Shown here one piece after another: positions 13,905-25,900 of a DNA stretch of 64,000 nt. The DNA is taken from assembly GCA_000934665.2 (NCBI GenBank), contig KZ537958.1:124001-188000 (forward strand). Reading direction: 5' to 3'. This DNA is from Catajapyx aquilonaris (Eukaryota). The notes below the pieces were generated by a model. The model had not been told where the DNA came from and did no database searches. It worked only from the letters and a program-made list of their open reading frames with translations. The translations under genes and the position numbers were made by a program. Numbering within the stretch: the first letter of the stretch is position 1; each line of letters begins with the position of its first letter.

Positions 13905-14142
13905 ATAGAGAAAACCCCTCGCTTCGCTCACTGTGTGCGGGGATTGGGAGGGAACGATGTAGACCCTCCAGACGACAGCGAACGAATGGATGGTTCCTCC
14001 CCCATCCCACCAGAGGCGCTGCCTTCACCCCCATTGCGCCTGCGCAGAACGGGGGCCAATCGAGAGCGTCGCGGTAACACTATACGGCGGACCAATCAGA
14101 AGCCATAACCATACAACATGAATAGGATTTTAATATTATAGA
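13905..14142 (-). mobile_element. Short non-autonomous Helitron-like element (~240 bp)
   Basis: Minus strand begins TCTATAATATTAAAATC and ends GAGCGAAGCGAGGGGTTTTCTCTAT|T, resembling a Helitron subterminal GC motif plus a degenerate CTRR|T end. No TIR or TSD. Homologous to 5352-5417. Class assignment is inference. Confidence 0.55.
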
Positions 14143-14154
14143 AGCTATCTAATA

Positions 14155-14480
14155 ATATCCGGGTAGTGCTTGGCCTTCTCGGCATGTAGCACGGACCTTT
14201 ATTTGTACGATGTACATATTTGGAACCTAATTATTGAAGCGCCCGGGCCCGGACAGGATGACAGGAGGGTATGTGCAAGGTGCAGTGCAATGTCTTAAAC
14301 GTGGCCATTTTTAGTGAACTCCCCCGGGTGGTTTAGTCTGTAGGAAATACCACCCGAGACGAAGCCAGAGGTGACCCTGAACTCTGCACGAGATGAAGGG
14401 GGTGTCCCCGGGCTGGGATCGAACCCGGGACCTTAGCATCCGTGGGCGCATATGTTACCGCAGCACCACTCCGCCTCCCC
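14155..14480 (-). mobile_element. tRNA-derived SINE, apparently full length (~326 bp), with 14-bp target-site duplication
   Basis: Minus strand starts GGGGAGGCGGAG, with A-box-like TGGTGCTGCGG (14458-14468) and B-box GGTTCGATCCC (14415-14425), then a non-tRNA body and a short TAT tail. Flanked by perfect direct repeats GAAGCTATCTAATA at 14141-14154 and 14481-14494. Confidence 0.9.
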
Positions 14481-14496
14481 GAAGCTATCTAATATA

Positions 14497-14827
14497 GAGG
14501 GTGTCTCAACTTTTTTTGTCCGAACAGTTATCGGAAAATTTCACGTAGCTGCTACTTTGTAAGCAGCGACTTGCAAACGGTAATTTTTCGAAGGAACGGG
14601 GAATATTCTCTGCAAATCGTAGGTTGAAGTGGCATACGTGCTGCCCTATGAAAATTAAGGGTCAAGCCTGGAAAAGAGAGGGTCACACATGCCAGGGGAT
14701 GTGTGGCCCTCTTTTTCACTATTCCCCATTTCTCCGACAAATCACCGTTTGCAAGTCACTGCTTACAAAGTAGCAGCTACGTGAAATTTTCCGATAACTG
14801 TTCGGACAAAAAAGTTGAAACGCCCTG
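14497..14827. mobile_element. Tc1/mariner-type MITE, copy 1 (more decayed termini)
   Basis: ~105-bp TIRs (GAGGGTGTCTCAACTTTTTTTGTCCGAACAG ... CTGTTCGGACAAAAAAGTTGAAACGCCCTG), TA on the left and CA on the right. Colinear with and highly similar to 22575-22904. No coding capacity. Confidence 0.92.
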
Positions 14828-17825
14828 CATATAATACAATGCTGTATCATATTACACTAGTGTAATTACCTATAGAAGAAACGGCTAATAGCCTAAATGC
14901 TACTTATTAAAAGCTATTTCATTGTCGGCGTCTGCTACGTTGCCACGTTTCGAGTGAGGGAAGGACATGCAAGTCATTCCAAGCGAGTCACCTGGTTTTA
15001 TGACCGGAAGAACAAGCGTGCGTGAGGTCAGTGGGCGCGACAAACCCGGACTAATTATCGAGCTGACAATCTGTTGTCATGCCCATTAGGCACATTAGAC
15101 CAGAGGGGGCGAGGGGGTCACATTTGTGACTGGGCCTAAGTGTTGGCTGGGGCGGAGCCTAAAATGGCGTTGGAGTGAAGCCCGAGGCCGAGAATCCGTT
15201 GGAGAGAGAGAGTGGGGCGACTCTAATCATCATGACTATCATCATCAGGAGCATAATTTGTGGTCCCGGGGGCCTCTCACAGCGGTGTTGGCAGCACCAC
15301 CAGGGCTTTTCCATCATCGCCGTGAAAGGACAATGGCGTCCTGTTGGGAGGCGGAGGAGGAGAACCGGGGAGGGAAGGGAGGGGAGGATACCATGCAAAT
15401 GCGCTAGGCTCGCTTTCCAATTTGGCTCCAGAGGCGGCGCGGCGCAAAATGATGACGCCACCAGCTAGGAGTAAGTCCCCCTTTTTTTTGTAGATGGCAG
15501 GAAAATTTGACTGTGACGCGCCCCTTCTGCTCTTTCCATCCAGCCTCGAAAAAAGGGTTAGCTTTCATATACTGTGGTCCCATGCCGATGTGGCGCAATG
15601 TCCTCTAATTATGGCTGGACAACTTGGTCGGGGACTGACAAAACGCGCATATTCTAGACACAATGCCCGGTGCATTAGACCATGTTTCTATCTGGGGTGT
15701 AAAATTTGCAAATTACAGGATTTTAAGATATAGTGGCTGGACAACAAAATTGACCTGTTTGATCCTGGTATATAATTAGTCCATGGCTTGTTTTCCTCTC
15801 ATCGAACGTAGACTCTGCTAATGTCATGTGCTGTGAGGTGTGCCGCTATATGGCAGCCTACTAATTGCAAAGTTATGAAGACGCGTCGCCTAGAAGCTTA
15901 TATCCTTGGCTGACCTGACTGAAGCCTTCTCTAGGGATGTTGAATGCCTTTGATGGTATCGCAAGACCAATTTTGCGCCTTCCTCTGCGGTGCTATTAGC
16001 GCGCAATACCTATAATGGGATTAAGCCTGCTTTTGGCTGTCGGTTTTCACAGTCGGGAGTGAAAGCAAGCAAGACTATTGAGCAGCTTTTGAGAGCCATG
16101 ATATATATACACCATGGGGGGAGGGGGAGGGGATTAAAGACTTAGAGGAGGGGAAGAATAATCGCGTTTTGTACACGATATTTGCGTCACTTGCTGCCCG
16201 CAATCCCTGACATGCTGATGTTGGGATCAACACTTGTTTTGCTCTCTGGTCCAAAAACATGTCGTAATCGTTAGACTATAATCTAAAATAATTAATTCTG
16301 CCAGTTGGAGGGAAGCGGAAATTAATTTAACTGGTAGTGTGGTGTACGATTTATCCGCTTTTCCTCCCCAGCGCCTCGGGCCAACAAATGGCGAGGTCAG
16401 AGGAGAGCTCAGCCACTAATCAGCTGTTGGAATCCCATAACTGCAGTAATTCGCTTCGGTGCCTCTCTTCGGGGGTTGAAATAAAAAGTAAAAATTGCAC
16501 GAATGAAATTTTGCGGGGTTCTTCCGTGGTGCAATGAGACCTTGCGATATCGTTTCTAGGTCCCAACACAAATAAAAACTGGAAGTCCCTTTTGTATGAC
16601 GTTAGCGAAAAAAAAAAATTAATGCGAGGAAGAGGTAGTGGAAATCAAGTTTTTTTGTGAAAAAAATAGACATGACGCACACAGTCACAGAGGATGGAAT
16701 TCCAGCTTGGAGCGGAGAGAATATTGAAGCTCTGTTTATTGATCCGACTTGGCTGCATAAATTTAGTAGAACTCGACTATCCGAAAGCCTCCATTATTGG
16801 CCACCAAATGCAAATTACATCATGATGAGTTCAAAGAGTGAATATTGGATGCTGTATTACATTGCCGAATGTGCAAGTCCGTGCAGCAACGATTCGGCTT
16901 GGAAAGCGACAGTGGAAGTGTCCGAGAATAACGTTTTCTATCGCATTTGCATGTCTCTGTGCTGCAGAAAAAATGAGCACAGAAACATTATATGTGCAGA
17001 TTTTTTTCCAGCATTACAATTATTTTGAGCAGTTTTTTTCACTTTCTGTAAAGTAAGTTTAAAAATGTTCTACAAAATATTGGATTGTGCATATACACTG
17101 TAAATTATTTAGCCGAGCTTTGTCAGATTTTTGTCGTCATACATGTTGCGAATTTCCAGTATTTCCCGAGCGATTTACCCTCCCAACGTGGACCTAAGCA
17201 CCAAGGGACACGTCCTGACCTACTTGGTGTGAACATATTGTTGGCGAAAAAAAAACTCCAGCTGGAATAGAATTTTTACTAGAAAATGAATTGGCTCTTG
17301 CATTATCAGTCCACCCAAAAAAGAGGGTTTTTTTTCATATATTGATCTCTCTCGAATATTCTAGCTCTGGCATCGAAATTGGGCGGGTCTTGTAGAGATG
17401 GCGACTAGAAGGTAAGAAGAGAAAGAGAGAGAGAAAAAGGTGGTGGAGGTAGGGAAAAAGGATAAAGGAGAAGAAAATGTTGGTCTGGTGGAAGCTGAGA
17501 AGAGGGCTTTTCCCAGTCGAGATGTAATGGGATTGAGGATTTGAGCGAGCCCGCTTCTGCCCGCTTCCAGGGAGTTTGCAGCTTTTCTTCTCCTCCTCAC
17601 TCCAATTCCTACAAAAGCGCGTTTTCTGCCCCTCTTTTTTTCCCCCCTGTCCGGTACCACCCACCCCTTGTTATTCGCATGACGCTCGCGTCGCTTCTGT
17701 TTCGCTTCCTGCACCCATTCGATATCAAGACCCAAAAAAAGGAAAGAAAAAAAGGAGGGGGGATCATATTTCCAGGAGAAATGTAGCCGGACTCCCAAAT
17801 ACGTCTCCTCCATTTCTATTTCTAG

Positions 17826-17831
17826 ACCCCG
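17826..17831 (+). other. Candidate 6-nt microexon (ACCCCG)
   Basis: tctcctccatttctatttctag|ACCCCG|gtaagt: polypyrimidine tract and TAG acceptor, 6 nt, then a consensus donor. Motif evidence only. Confidence 0.35.
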
Positions 17832-20800
17832 GTAAGTTATCCCTCCAGGCAGTTTTTCAATTCTGTTTCCGTATGGAATACAGCCTGAGGTTTGCTCCTG
17901 CGTTAGAGTGCTTCCCCTGTACAGTGCAATGGGATTACTTGGGTATGCAAATGGGGATCGAGCAGCCGGGAAATCCATACCTTGTGTCGAAGTTGAGAGA
18001 ACTTGGCAACGGGGTGAACTTGCACTGTTCTAGTTATGACAAGATGTAATTATTATTTGTAAAAATTTGGCCGAGCCCCCAAGTTCACCTCCTGTTTACT
18101 TATGGAGTCCATCGCTCCGGGGGTCAAGTTGGGGTAGATAGGGTTGGAAGGATGACGCGGGGCCGAATGGGGGAAACATGCGGTGAACTAAAGTGGTAAG
18201 AGAGGAACCGGTATACCAGCAGCATCTCCAGCAAATCCAAAATAGCAATAAACCAGTACTATCGGGACGCTAATACTCTGACGAGATGCTGGTCCTTAAT
18301 CACCGTTACGACCAGTTATAATTCGCAGGTTTCGAGCCACCCCTTGTAAAGCACGTCAGCAACACCGTTTTATAAAGTCCATAAAGGCGGCCAAATTTCA
18401 ACGAATCCAGTCATGGGTTGAGCCAGAGAGCGGGGCACCAGAGCGTAGACGATCTGTATCATCCGGGTGCAAAAGCAAATAAATATGCAAAGCAGAGGCG
18501 GCTTCCATACGGGCGGCTTTGGGCGTCTGATTTGCAAGCAAGCCGCGAATGTCCTAAGGCAGAGTGCACAGGCCCTCTTAATATTTCATTACTCCTTTTC
18601 GACCCCGTTCGAGAGAGACTCGCCGCCTTTGGCTTCTCCAAAGCATCAAGTAAGAGCAACACCTGTCCCCCAAGGGCAAATTGTTCTAATTGCTCCGAAG
18701 AGTGCTTCTTATTCGAGCTGCTCAACTATTCTCTCTTAGATCATTTTGGCAAAGCTTGATGTTTACGCCGAGTTTCTGATTGAATTTGCGACTCAGGATT
18801 GACAATTTTCCGCCTGATGTAATTAAGGCTTTCTTCATCGACTTAAAGGTAGAGAGTAATCGGGTATAGTATGCGAATCAGAGGGGGCGGGCTCCCTCTT
18901 TTCTTCTCAGGTCTATTGGGGGAAGAGCTCAGTAGGGCATTATTTTTGTGGGCAAAAATGTTCCGGTGAGGTCTTTTCAGGTAATTAATCTCCGGACCGG
19001 AGCAGAGTGGTTGCAAAGAGGATTTTCCGGAGAAAGCCTGACCGTACATTCTGCCTTGAGCCAAGAAGATGAAAATGCACTATTTCTGGAATATTGAAAG
19101 CCATAATCCCCCCTCAGATCTGTGGTGGAAAGTGGGTTGCAACTATGTTCAGGTCGATTTCTCCTGGAAGGCTGCGGAATAAACCAGTCTCTGACCGTGA
19201 ATAATGTCATTTGCTTGGGGCATGTCGGCATAATAATCTGTTCATGTGCATGTCACACGACGAGGGGTTTTTTGTGCGAGTTAATACTCGGGTGCAATGT
19301 CCATATTCATACAGTTCATCTTTTTTTACATATCCCATGCGAGAATTGAGTGCTACAAAAATAACAAACCTGTACGAAAATTTGTCTTCGTTTCCTGATA
19401 AAAATGTTTTAGCACTTTTTCAATCCCCTCCTTTTTAAAAATTTGCTGGGGTTCAGCTGTTGAGTGGCCTGCGAAACAGTTTACACCACACACAGTCCAC
19501 AGATTTAACAGAGATAAATTATAGCGCTGCTCATTAGAGTGTCGCTCATTTTAAATGCACGCGTATATATATGCGAGCATGCAGTGCACGCTGAATGCCG
19601 CCCACATCGTCATCATGCAACGAGTGTTTTGCTGCCTATTTGAATTAGTTACACCGGACAACACACACACAGACACACAACTCCACTCTGTCCCTGGAAA
19701 CTTCCTGAGTTTGCTGACTCGCAAAATTTTGCAGAGTTTAACCAGTCAAACGGCTGCCAAAACTGCGAGACAACTGCATTAAGAGGACAGTCATGTCGGT
19801 TTGATGCAAATGACGCTTACAGCTTTGTTCGCTTTGTATTTTAGTCGATGTTCCGGGAGAAAATGACTCTTTGATTGAGCGAGCAAGTTTTGATGTCAGG
19901 AGCGAGAGGGAAACTGTTTCTGGTGTGTAAACCAAGCTTCAATAATGCCTGTTTCGTCGAGCGATAAGGTACAAACGCGAGCCGAAATTTGGGAGGCGCC
20001 ATCTCCGCAGCATAATGGAGCCTGGCTTCAACAGAAACGGCATTAGTAAAGGCAACCACAATAACTCCTGGTCTCATGGCCTACACCCGTTGTGCAAGCG
20101 GAATACACTACAGAGCCCAGCATTCATTCCGCTTGAATAGAGCTCCCCCGCGCGATATATGCAGCAGGATTTTGTGAATGTGCGAACATGTTCACATTAA
20201 TTAGGACGCAATTCAAGAGTGTGGCTGATTCTGGCTAGAAAACAGACAGAGGAGTATTTTTTCTGCTGAAAAACTAGCAGAAAAGTTTTCTGATTATTTT
20301 CCAGCAGGAAATATTCACTGGTCTGATTAATCCGAGTGACCTGTTCTTGCCCCGAGGCTAAAGAGGAGGAAATGGTTACCATTGTTTGGGACTCTAGTCA
20401 ACTTTCCTGGTACAGAGCCTGGAAGGAGGAACTGAGGTGCACAAGCAGGCGTGACATTAGTCGGAGGAGCAGAAGTTTCTCCCTTCCAGCAGCTGCTACT
20501 TTTTCCTTGAAGAAGACAAGAGCTAGAGAAGGGGATTCCCAGGCAAGCGATCGGATGCAACCACCCATGCTGCTTTACCAGAACTTGTTATGGAACCAGC
20601 CCAAAGTGTTTCCGATCCCCCCTGAAACTCCTAGCTTCAAGCCAAGCAATCCTCGCTTGCAACCAAGTTTCTCTCCGGGAGTTGCTCGCTTCTACTAGAA
20701 CTAGAGAGTTTTGCACTGCATTTGCTCCAAGTTGTGGGTGTGTGTGTATGTGGCGCGACGCATTTCGAAGCCTTCCGAGACTAAAGATGTTGGGAGAGAT

Positions 20801-22424
20801 ATTCCAAGCAAACTCTATGCTAATATTAACTTACACGAACTTTCAGGGGATCATGCTTTAAGTGATGAGATCTTCCTGATGTGTGTTAAATTCCAGCCAT
20901 AACTGACCCGGTTGTTTCTCCTGCTACAGTCATAATATACAATCATAATGTGACACAATTTACGCAGGCCTGCTAGCTAGACCTCTGGGCTATGTACCTA
21001 TAGTATTGTACTGAATTTGCACCATTGGCTGTGCATCTGCTCGGTTCGTTTCCGAATAGCCCTGGGGACTCGGAATCGGCTGCAAAAGTGATTTTGGAGA
21101 GGTTGAGTGGTTTGAAATGTTCTCTCCTATACTTTTTTTTGGAAAGGCCCAGCGTCACTTCTCGCACTCGATCCGCTTCTTGGGCTACACGCCTCTGCAC
21201 TATAGAAGCCCTCCTTTATTCCTCAGACAATAGACCTAATCTACAACAAAACGGCACAAAGGGAGCGGGCTTTTTTCCGATGGACGTAAAACTGGCCCGA
21301 AATACCTCGCGTTGGAAAGAGAGTAAAAAAAGAAGTACCTCAGCACTGTCGCATTCTAGGTACTTCGGTCCTCTCCGATTTTCCTACTTTCCACCTCCTT
21401 TCCAAATCGTAGACTCTTTACGAGCCCAATCTAGCCGGAATGGATAGCAGCGAGGTCCTGCAGGGAGAAATAATCTGAAACCGCTCGCCAGATCGTGGAT
21501 CTTACGCCCTTTCTGTTTGTCATCACCACTGTTACATTTTAGTCTTGGTGTTACAATGTCCTGCAAGATAGCAGTTGTGTTTGGCAGCAGAAAAAAAAGG
21601 TTGCCGGTGCAGTAATTTGTACACAGTTGATATTGATGGGAGGCTGAGGTAATTGGACAACGCGAATTATTTGCCTGGAAACAGTTAAGCAGAAAATTGG
21701 ACCGATGATCTGATTTGCATCATACCCACTCCGGCAAGTGCCAGTGCAGTACATATTTACATTCGGGACGCGGCCTGCGTTTTCCAGTACTGTAGAACCC
21801 ATCCCGCAAAGCAATATTCCCCTATGGGAACAGATTATCCCTTTATTATATGTAGCAAACAACATGATATTGTGCCAGAAAAGGTTACACACGACAGTTA
21901 TTCGGTTATGCGCCAGCAAGCCTCGTCCTCCAACCCAATTTTCCACTCTAAAAATACATATCACTTGTCCCCTTTTTCCATACCTTGATTCATTTATCCG
22001 GGTGGCCCCAGCAGGTCCTTCTTCAAGCCTGAAAACTCGGGCGGAAACGGATCCGGAGAGAGTGACGCCCAGACAAATAGCCTTCCCGGATTGGAGAAGC
22101 AAACCCCCTCCAAAGCCCCTGGACTTACGTTCCATTAGCTTCTCAGTCTACATCTTGCCCCTTCAGATGAATCCATCCGTCCTTTCCAACACTGATGTAT
22201 AGAGATGGACCGAGCTGATCTTAGCCGCTAAAACAAATCAGCGCCCACAGATAACAATGTCACAAAATCAGCACCTGATTTTTAATTTTGCTTTAATTTC
22301 AATATAAGTGTAATTTTAAGACCATTCAATTTATTTATACGTATATTATTGATTTTATATCGAGTAGTTGTATTATTATGATTTTATTGTGTTTGTTTAT
22401 TTTTATTTAGTAGTAACTGATATT

Positions 22425-22499
22425 AATGTAATTCTGTAATAACATTGAACGCAATGTAACTCTGTAATAACATTGAACGTAATTTAATTCCACGATAAC
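22425..22499. repeat. 28-bp tandem repeat, ~2.7 copies
   Basis: AATGTAATTCTGTAATAACATTGAACGC / AATGTAACTCTGTAATAACATTGAACGT / AATTTAATTCCACGATAAC. Confidence 0.85.
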
Positions 22500-22574
22500 T
22501 GGCAGTAAATTGGACCAATTTATTTCATAATTAATTCGATGTATGTCTACTCTTCTAATAATAATTCATACATA

Positions 22575-22904
22575 CAGGGTGTTTCAACTTTTTTGTCCGA
22601 ACAGTTATCGGAAAATTGCACGTAGCTGCTACTTTGTAAGCAGTGACTTGCAACCGGTGATTTGTCGGAGGAACGGGGAATATTCTCTGCGAATCGTAGG
22701 TTGAAGTGGCATACGTGCTGCCCGCTGAAAATTGAGGGCAAAGCCTGGAAAAAAGAGGGTCACGCATGGCATGGGATGTGTGACCCTCTTTTTCCCCATT
22801 CCCCATTCCTCCGACAAATCACCGGTTACAAGTCACTGCTTACAAAGTAGCAGCTACGTGCAATTTTTCTATATCTGTTCGGACAAAAAAGTTGAAACAC
22901 CCTG
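22575..22904. mobile_element. Tc1/mariner-type MITE, copy 2 (330 bp, intact ends, TA TSD)
   Basis: TA|CAGGGTGTTTCAAC ... GTTGAAACACCCTG|TA; TIRs of ~107 bp (22575-22681 and 22798-22904); internal hairpin at 22747-22795; second copy at 14497-14827. Confidence 0.95.
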
Positions 22905-25900
22905 TATATTTCACGATTCAAATTAATTTAATCAGTTATTATTTAATTAATGTGAACTTATTATTTAGCAAGGATTTTAAAGTTCCATCTGTACCTATTA
23001 GCTGCTGGTGCAATTTAACATTCCCATAGCTGGTGACATGCGATCGGAAGAAGTCGCGAGCGTATTTTCCGCCACAAAACGCGCCCTGTGTGTGACACTC
23101 ACAATGCGTGAATGCCAAGGGAGGTTTGGAACGTCGAAAAGAAGCTGAACGCAAACATCTGGCAAGCAGGCAGGGCTTGCCTGGAGTTTGGAAAAGGGGA
23201 GAGACAGAGATAAATGGTTGGTATCTTCTGACTATTGAGGAATTTTGGGGCCTGCGAGATTGATGAGGAGTGGAGGAAGAGTGGTTACAATGTAGGACCG
23301 AGTTTGTTCCGGGTATGGGGAGGGGGTGGGTTGGGAGAGTTTTTTTTTGAAGGCCATCAACCCATTTCCCAGAGGAAGGGGCGCAGCCAGCGGCCCAACC
23401 ACCCCTTTTTTTCCGGAGTTAATCGAAAGAGGCTTGCTCGACCTCCAAAGCTGCATCCATCTTGACATTTACGTTTTCCCGGCTCACAGATATATCAAAG
23501 CGAACTGACAGATTGCGTTAGAAATATTGTAACTGGAGAATTTTTAGTGAACTGCACTAAAGGCAGCTGCAGGAAAGTTTTTTTTTTCTTCCTGCCGATA
23601 TATGGCCTGATGTGATCGATCGAGTGGTTTTTGCCGAAGGGCTGGTTTTGGTAATATCAGGAATCGAACTAGGTCCGGGTGACAAAACGAATTCGGTCAA
23701 ATTAGCATTGCAAAGTGACATCACAATTCGGGCCTGTCATTTTGTCACCACTGCTAAATGGCGTGTGTTGAATATAATTGTTTGCAGTTATTTATAAACC
23801 TTCGTATCGGACCGCGCGATATCATATGCACGGCAAATAAATTACGAGACTATTATTTACACTCAATTCTAAAACATATATGCATGGATTTTAGTGCTTC
23901 ATAGAACGTACTGTTAGTTTGATCGAAGCCTACTTGTTCATGCATTTAACAGATGAGAATCCAGTTTATTTCCAATAGGCTCAGAAATTTTTATGCAGAA
24001 AATTTGCTTCCCAAGGCACCGCTGTCGGTAAGATGGATTGCTGCAAAAGTTTATTACATCAATATGAAGCATCTGTTTCCACTCGTGCATGAAAATAATC
24101 GTCCCAAGAGTATACCGAGAGCTGATGTTGAAAAATGGTCTGCAGAGTTATGTAGTGTTAAAGGTCTTACAGAGTGGACTGCTGGCAGTTTTCACAGCGT
24201 TTCCATTGGGACTCTCTTTCAGCTATAGTTGAGTGTATAACTTGACGTGGTGTGCAGGAAATTCTGCACCAATACTGGCAACTTACCGCTCCCTTTTGTA
24301 GAGTACAGTGTGGCATGCGGATGCTGTTTTATTTCGAAAACTAGAGAAAATTGTGGCCACAAATACATTAAGTTGCTCACTGGGAGTTGGCTATAAAATT
24401 GTAAACACTGCTAATGAAATTATGTTATTAACCGCCTCTATAACTCAGGGATGTTGGCAATTATGAGCATACATGTAGTTGATAATTAATGAGTTTTACT
24501 ATTGAACATCCTCACGGGAAGCTCCGACCCGCTGTACTACAGTAGTTCCTCTGTACAAGTAAAAGTTACTGTATTATCCAATGGAATTGGGAGTTTTATC
24601 CTAGCTCAGGAGGGCTAACCATCTGACTCCTCTGCGCAACGGAAAGCCTCTTTCGCAGGCGCTAATGTTTGTACTCTGGTATATACTTGGTTCTTTACAT
24701 TTCAATTGCGCTAATACCGTTGCCTTACTTCAATCGCAAATAATGTGCCGAATAATAATTCATAATATAGAAATTGTTAATTTAAACATCACTTTAAATT
24801 CATGGCGCAGAGTTAGAAATTTTTTGAAAATACACATAACGTGAATAAGCAAAAATTTATATCACGAATAATATCAAATCTCGTTAAAGTACCTTACTTT
24901 AGAGGGGTATTACTGAAGTCTGCTCCAGTTTAATGGGAAAGAAGGAGACGCGAGCTTCTTTGAGCATCTTTTCGAAAATTAAAGTTTGAAGAGTATAATG
25001 GAAAGATTTCTTTTTTTTTCCATTTGGCAAAGCGCAACCGGAGCGGATATTGAACAAATAGAGAATCAAGTTCTTTTTCCCTTAGAAATCTTTAGTCAAC
25101 AAGTTGGTATTGAAACTGCGGTGAAAACGTTGCCATGTTTCCATGAATCTGTTCTCTGGACGATGCTACGTGTCTTTAATGTTGCGTCATTGCCAGCGAG
25201 ATAAGTGTAAATAAACAAAACATCTTGCAAGGTAATTCGTCATAAATATGGAACCCATATTACCAGATTATTACGAACTTTTATGAAGTGCTGCGTTGGC
25301 CAGACTGTTACGCCTTTCATTAAATGATTAATGGATTTACATTATTATTTGTAGTTAATAGCAATCGGTCATTAGTGTACCTAAAAGCAATTGAAATGGA
25401 CATTCGAGCACTTGAATTTATCGGGCCGCAGAGAATTGACAAATCTCTAGTTGATTCTAGTTCATCACATAGTGTATGTTACCTGATGAAGTAACATTTT
25501 TGTTCCATGGCCTTTTAACGTAATTGAAATCGTGAGTATTCTAAGTCCTTAAGGCGATTCAGTTCACTCTTTTTAATAATCTGACAAAGTTGTATTTTGT
25601 ATTTTACCATGCGTAGATTTTATTAGCTAATGACTGTAGAGTCGTTTCCTACTTAAACCGACATAATATTGAGGATAAATAGTTACGAAACCCTGCAATG
25701 CCTGTTATCAGACGAATGAACAGAATAATATATTTCCAGAATAAGTTTTGTTAAGAACTGAATTAAACTTTTTATAACGCACAGGAAAATTAATTTTCTT
25801 GTCGGTATCCTGACAAGTACCCTTCGTCATATTTAGTCCCTATCCTCATTAGACTCTCCAATTAATTAGCCTAAGTGCACATTTATTCAGGTAGCTCAAA

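Noticed and set aside
14400..14480. tRNA gene
   Set aside because: A and B boxes are present, but there is no proper cloverleaf or acceptor stem. It continues into a 250-bp body and is bounded by TSDs, so it is a SINE head.
17335..18049. Longest ORF (205 aa, 17361-17978 minus) and overlapping ORFs
   Set aside because: No recognisable domain; low-complexity purine/pyrimidine runs open several frames on both strands.
21551..22202. 194-aa and 154-aa antiparallel ORFs
   Set aside because: No family resemblance or clear splice boundaries; consistent with chance ORFs.
14552..22926. Similar short ORFs at 14552-14740 and 22547-22926 suggesting a duplicated gene
   Set aside because: They are translations of the two MITE copies and their TIRs; no transposase motif.
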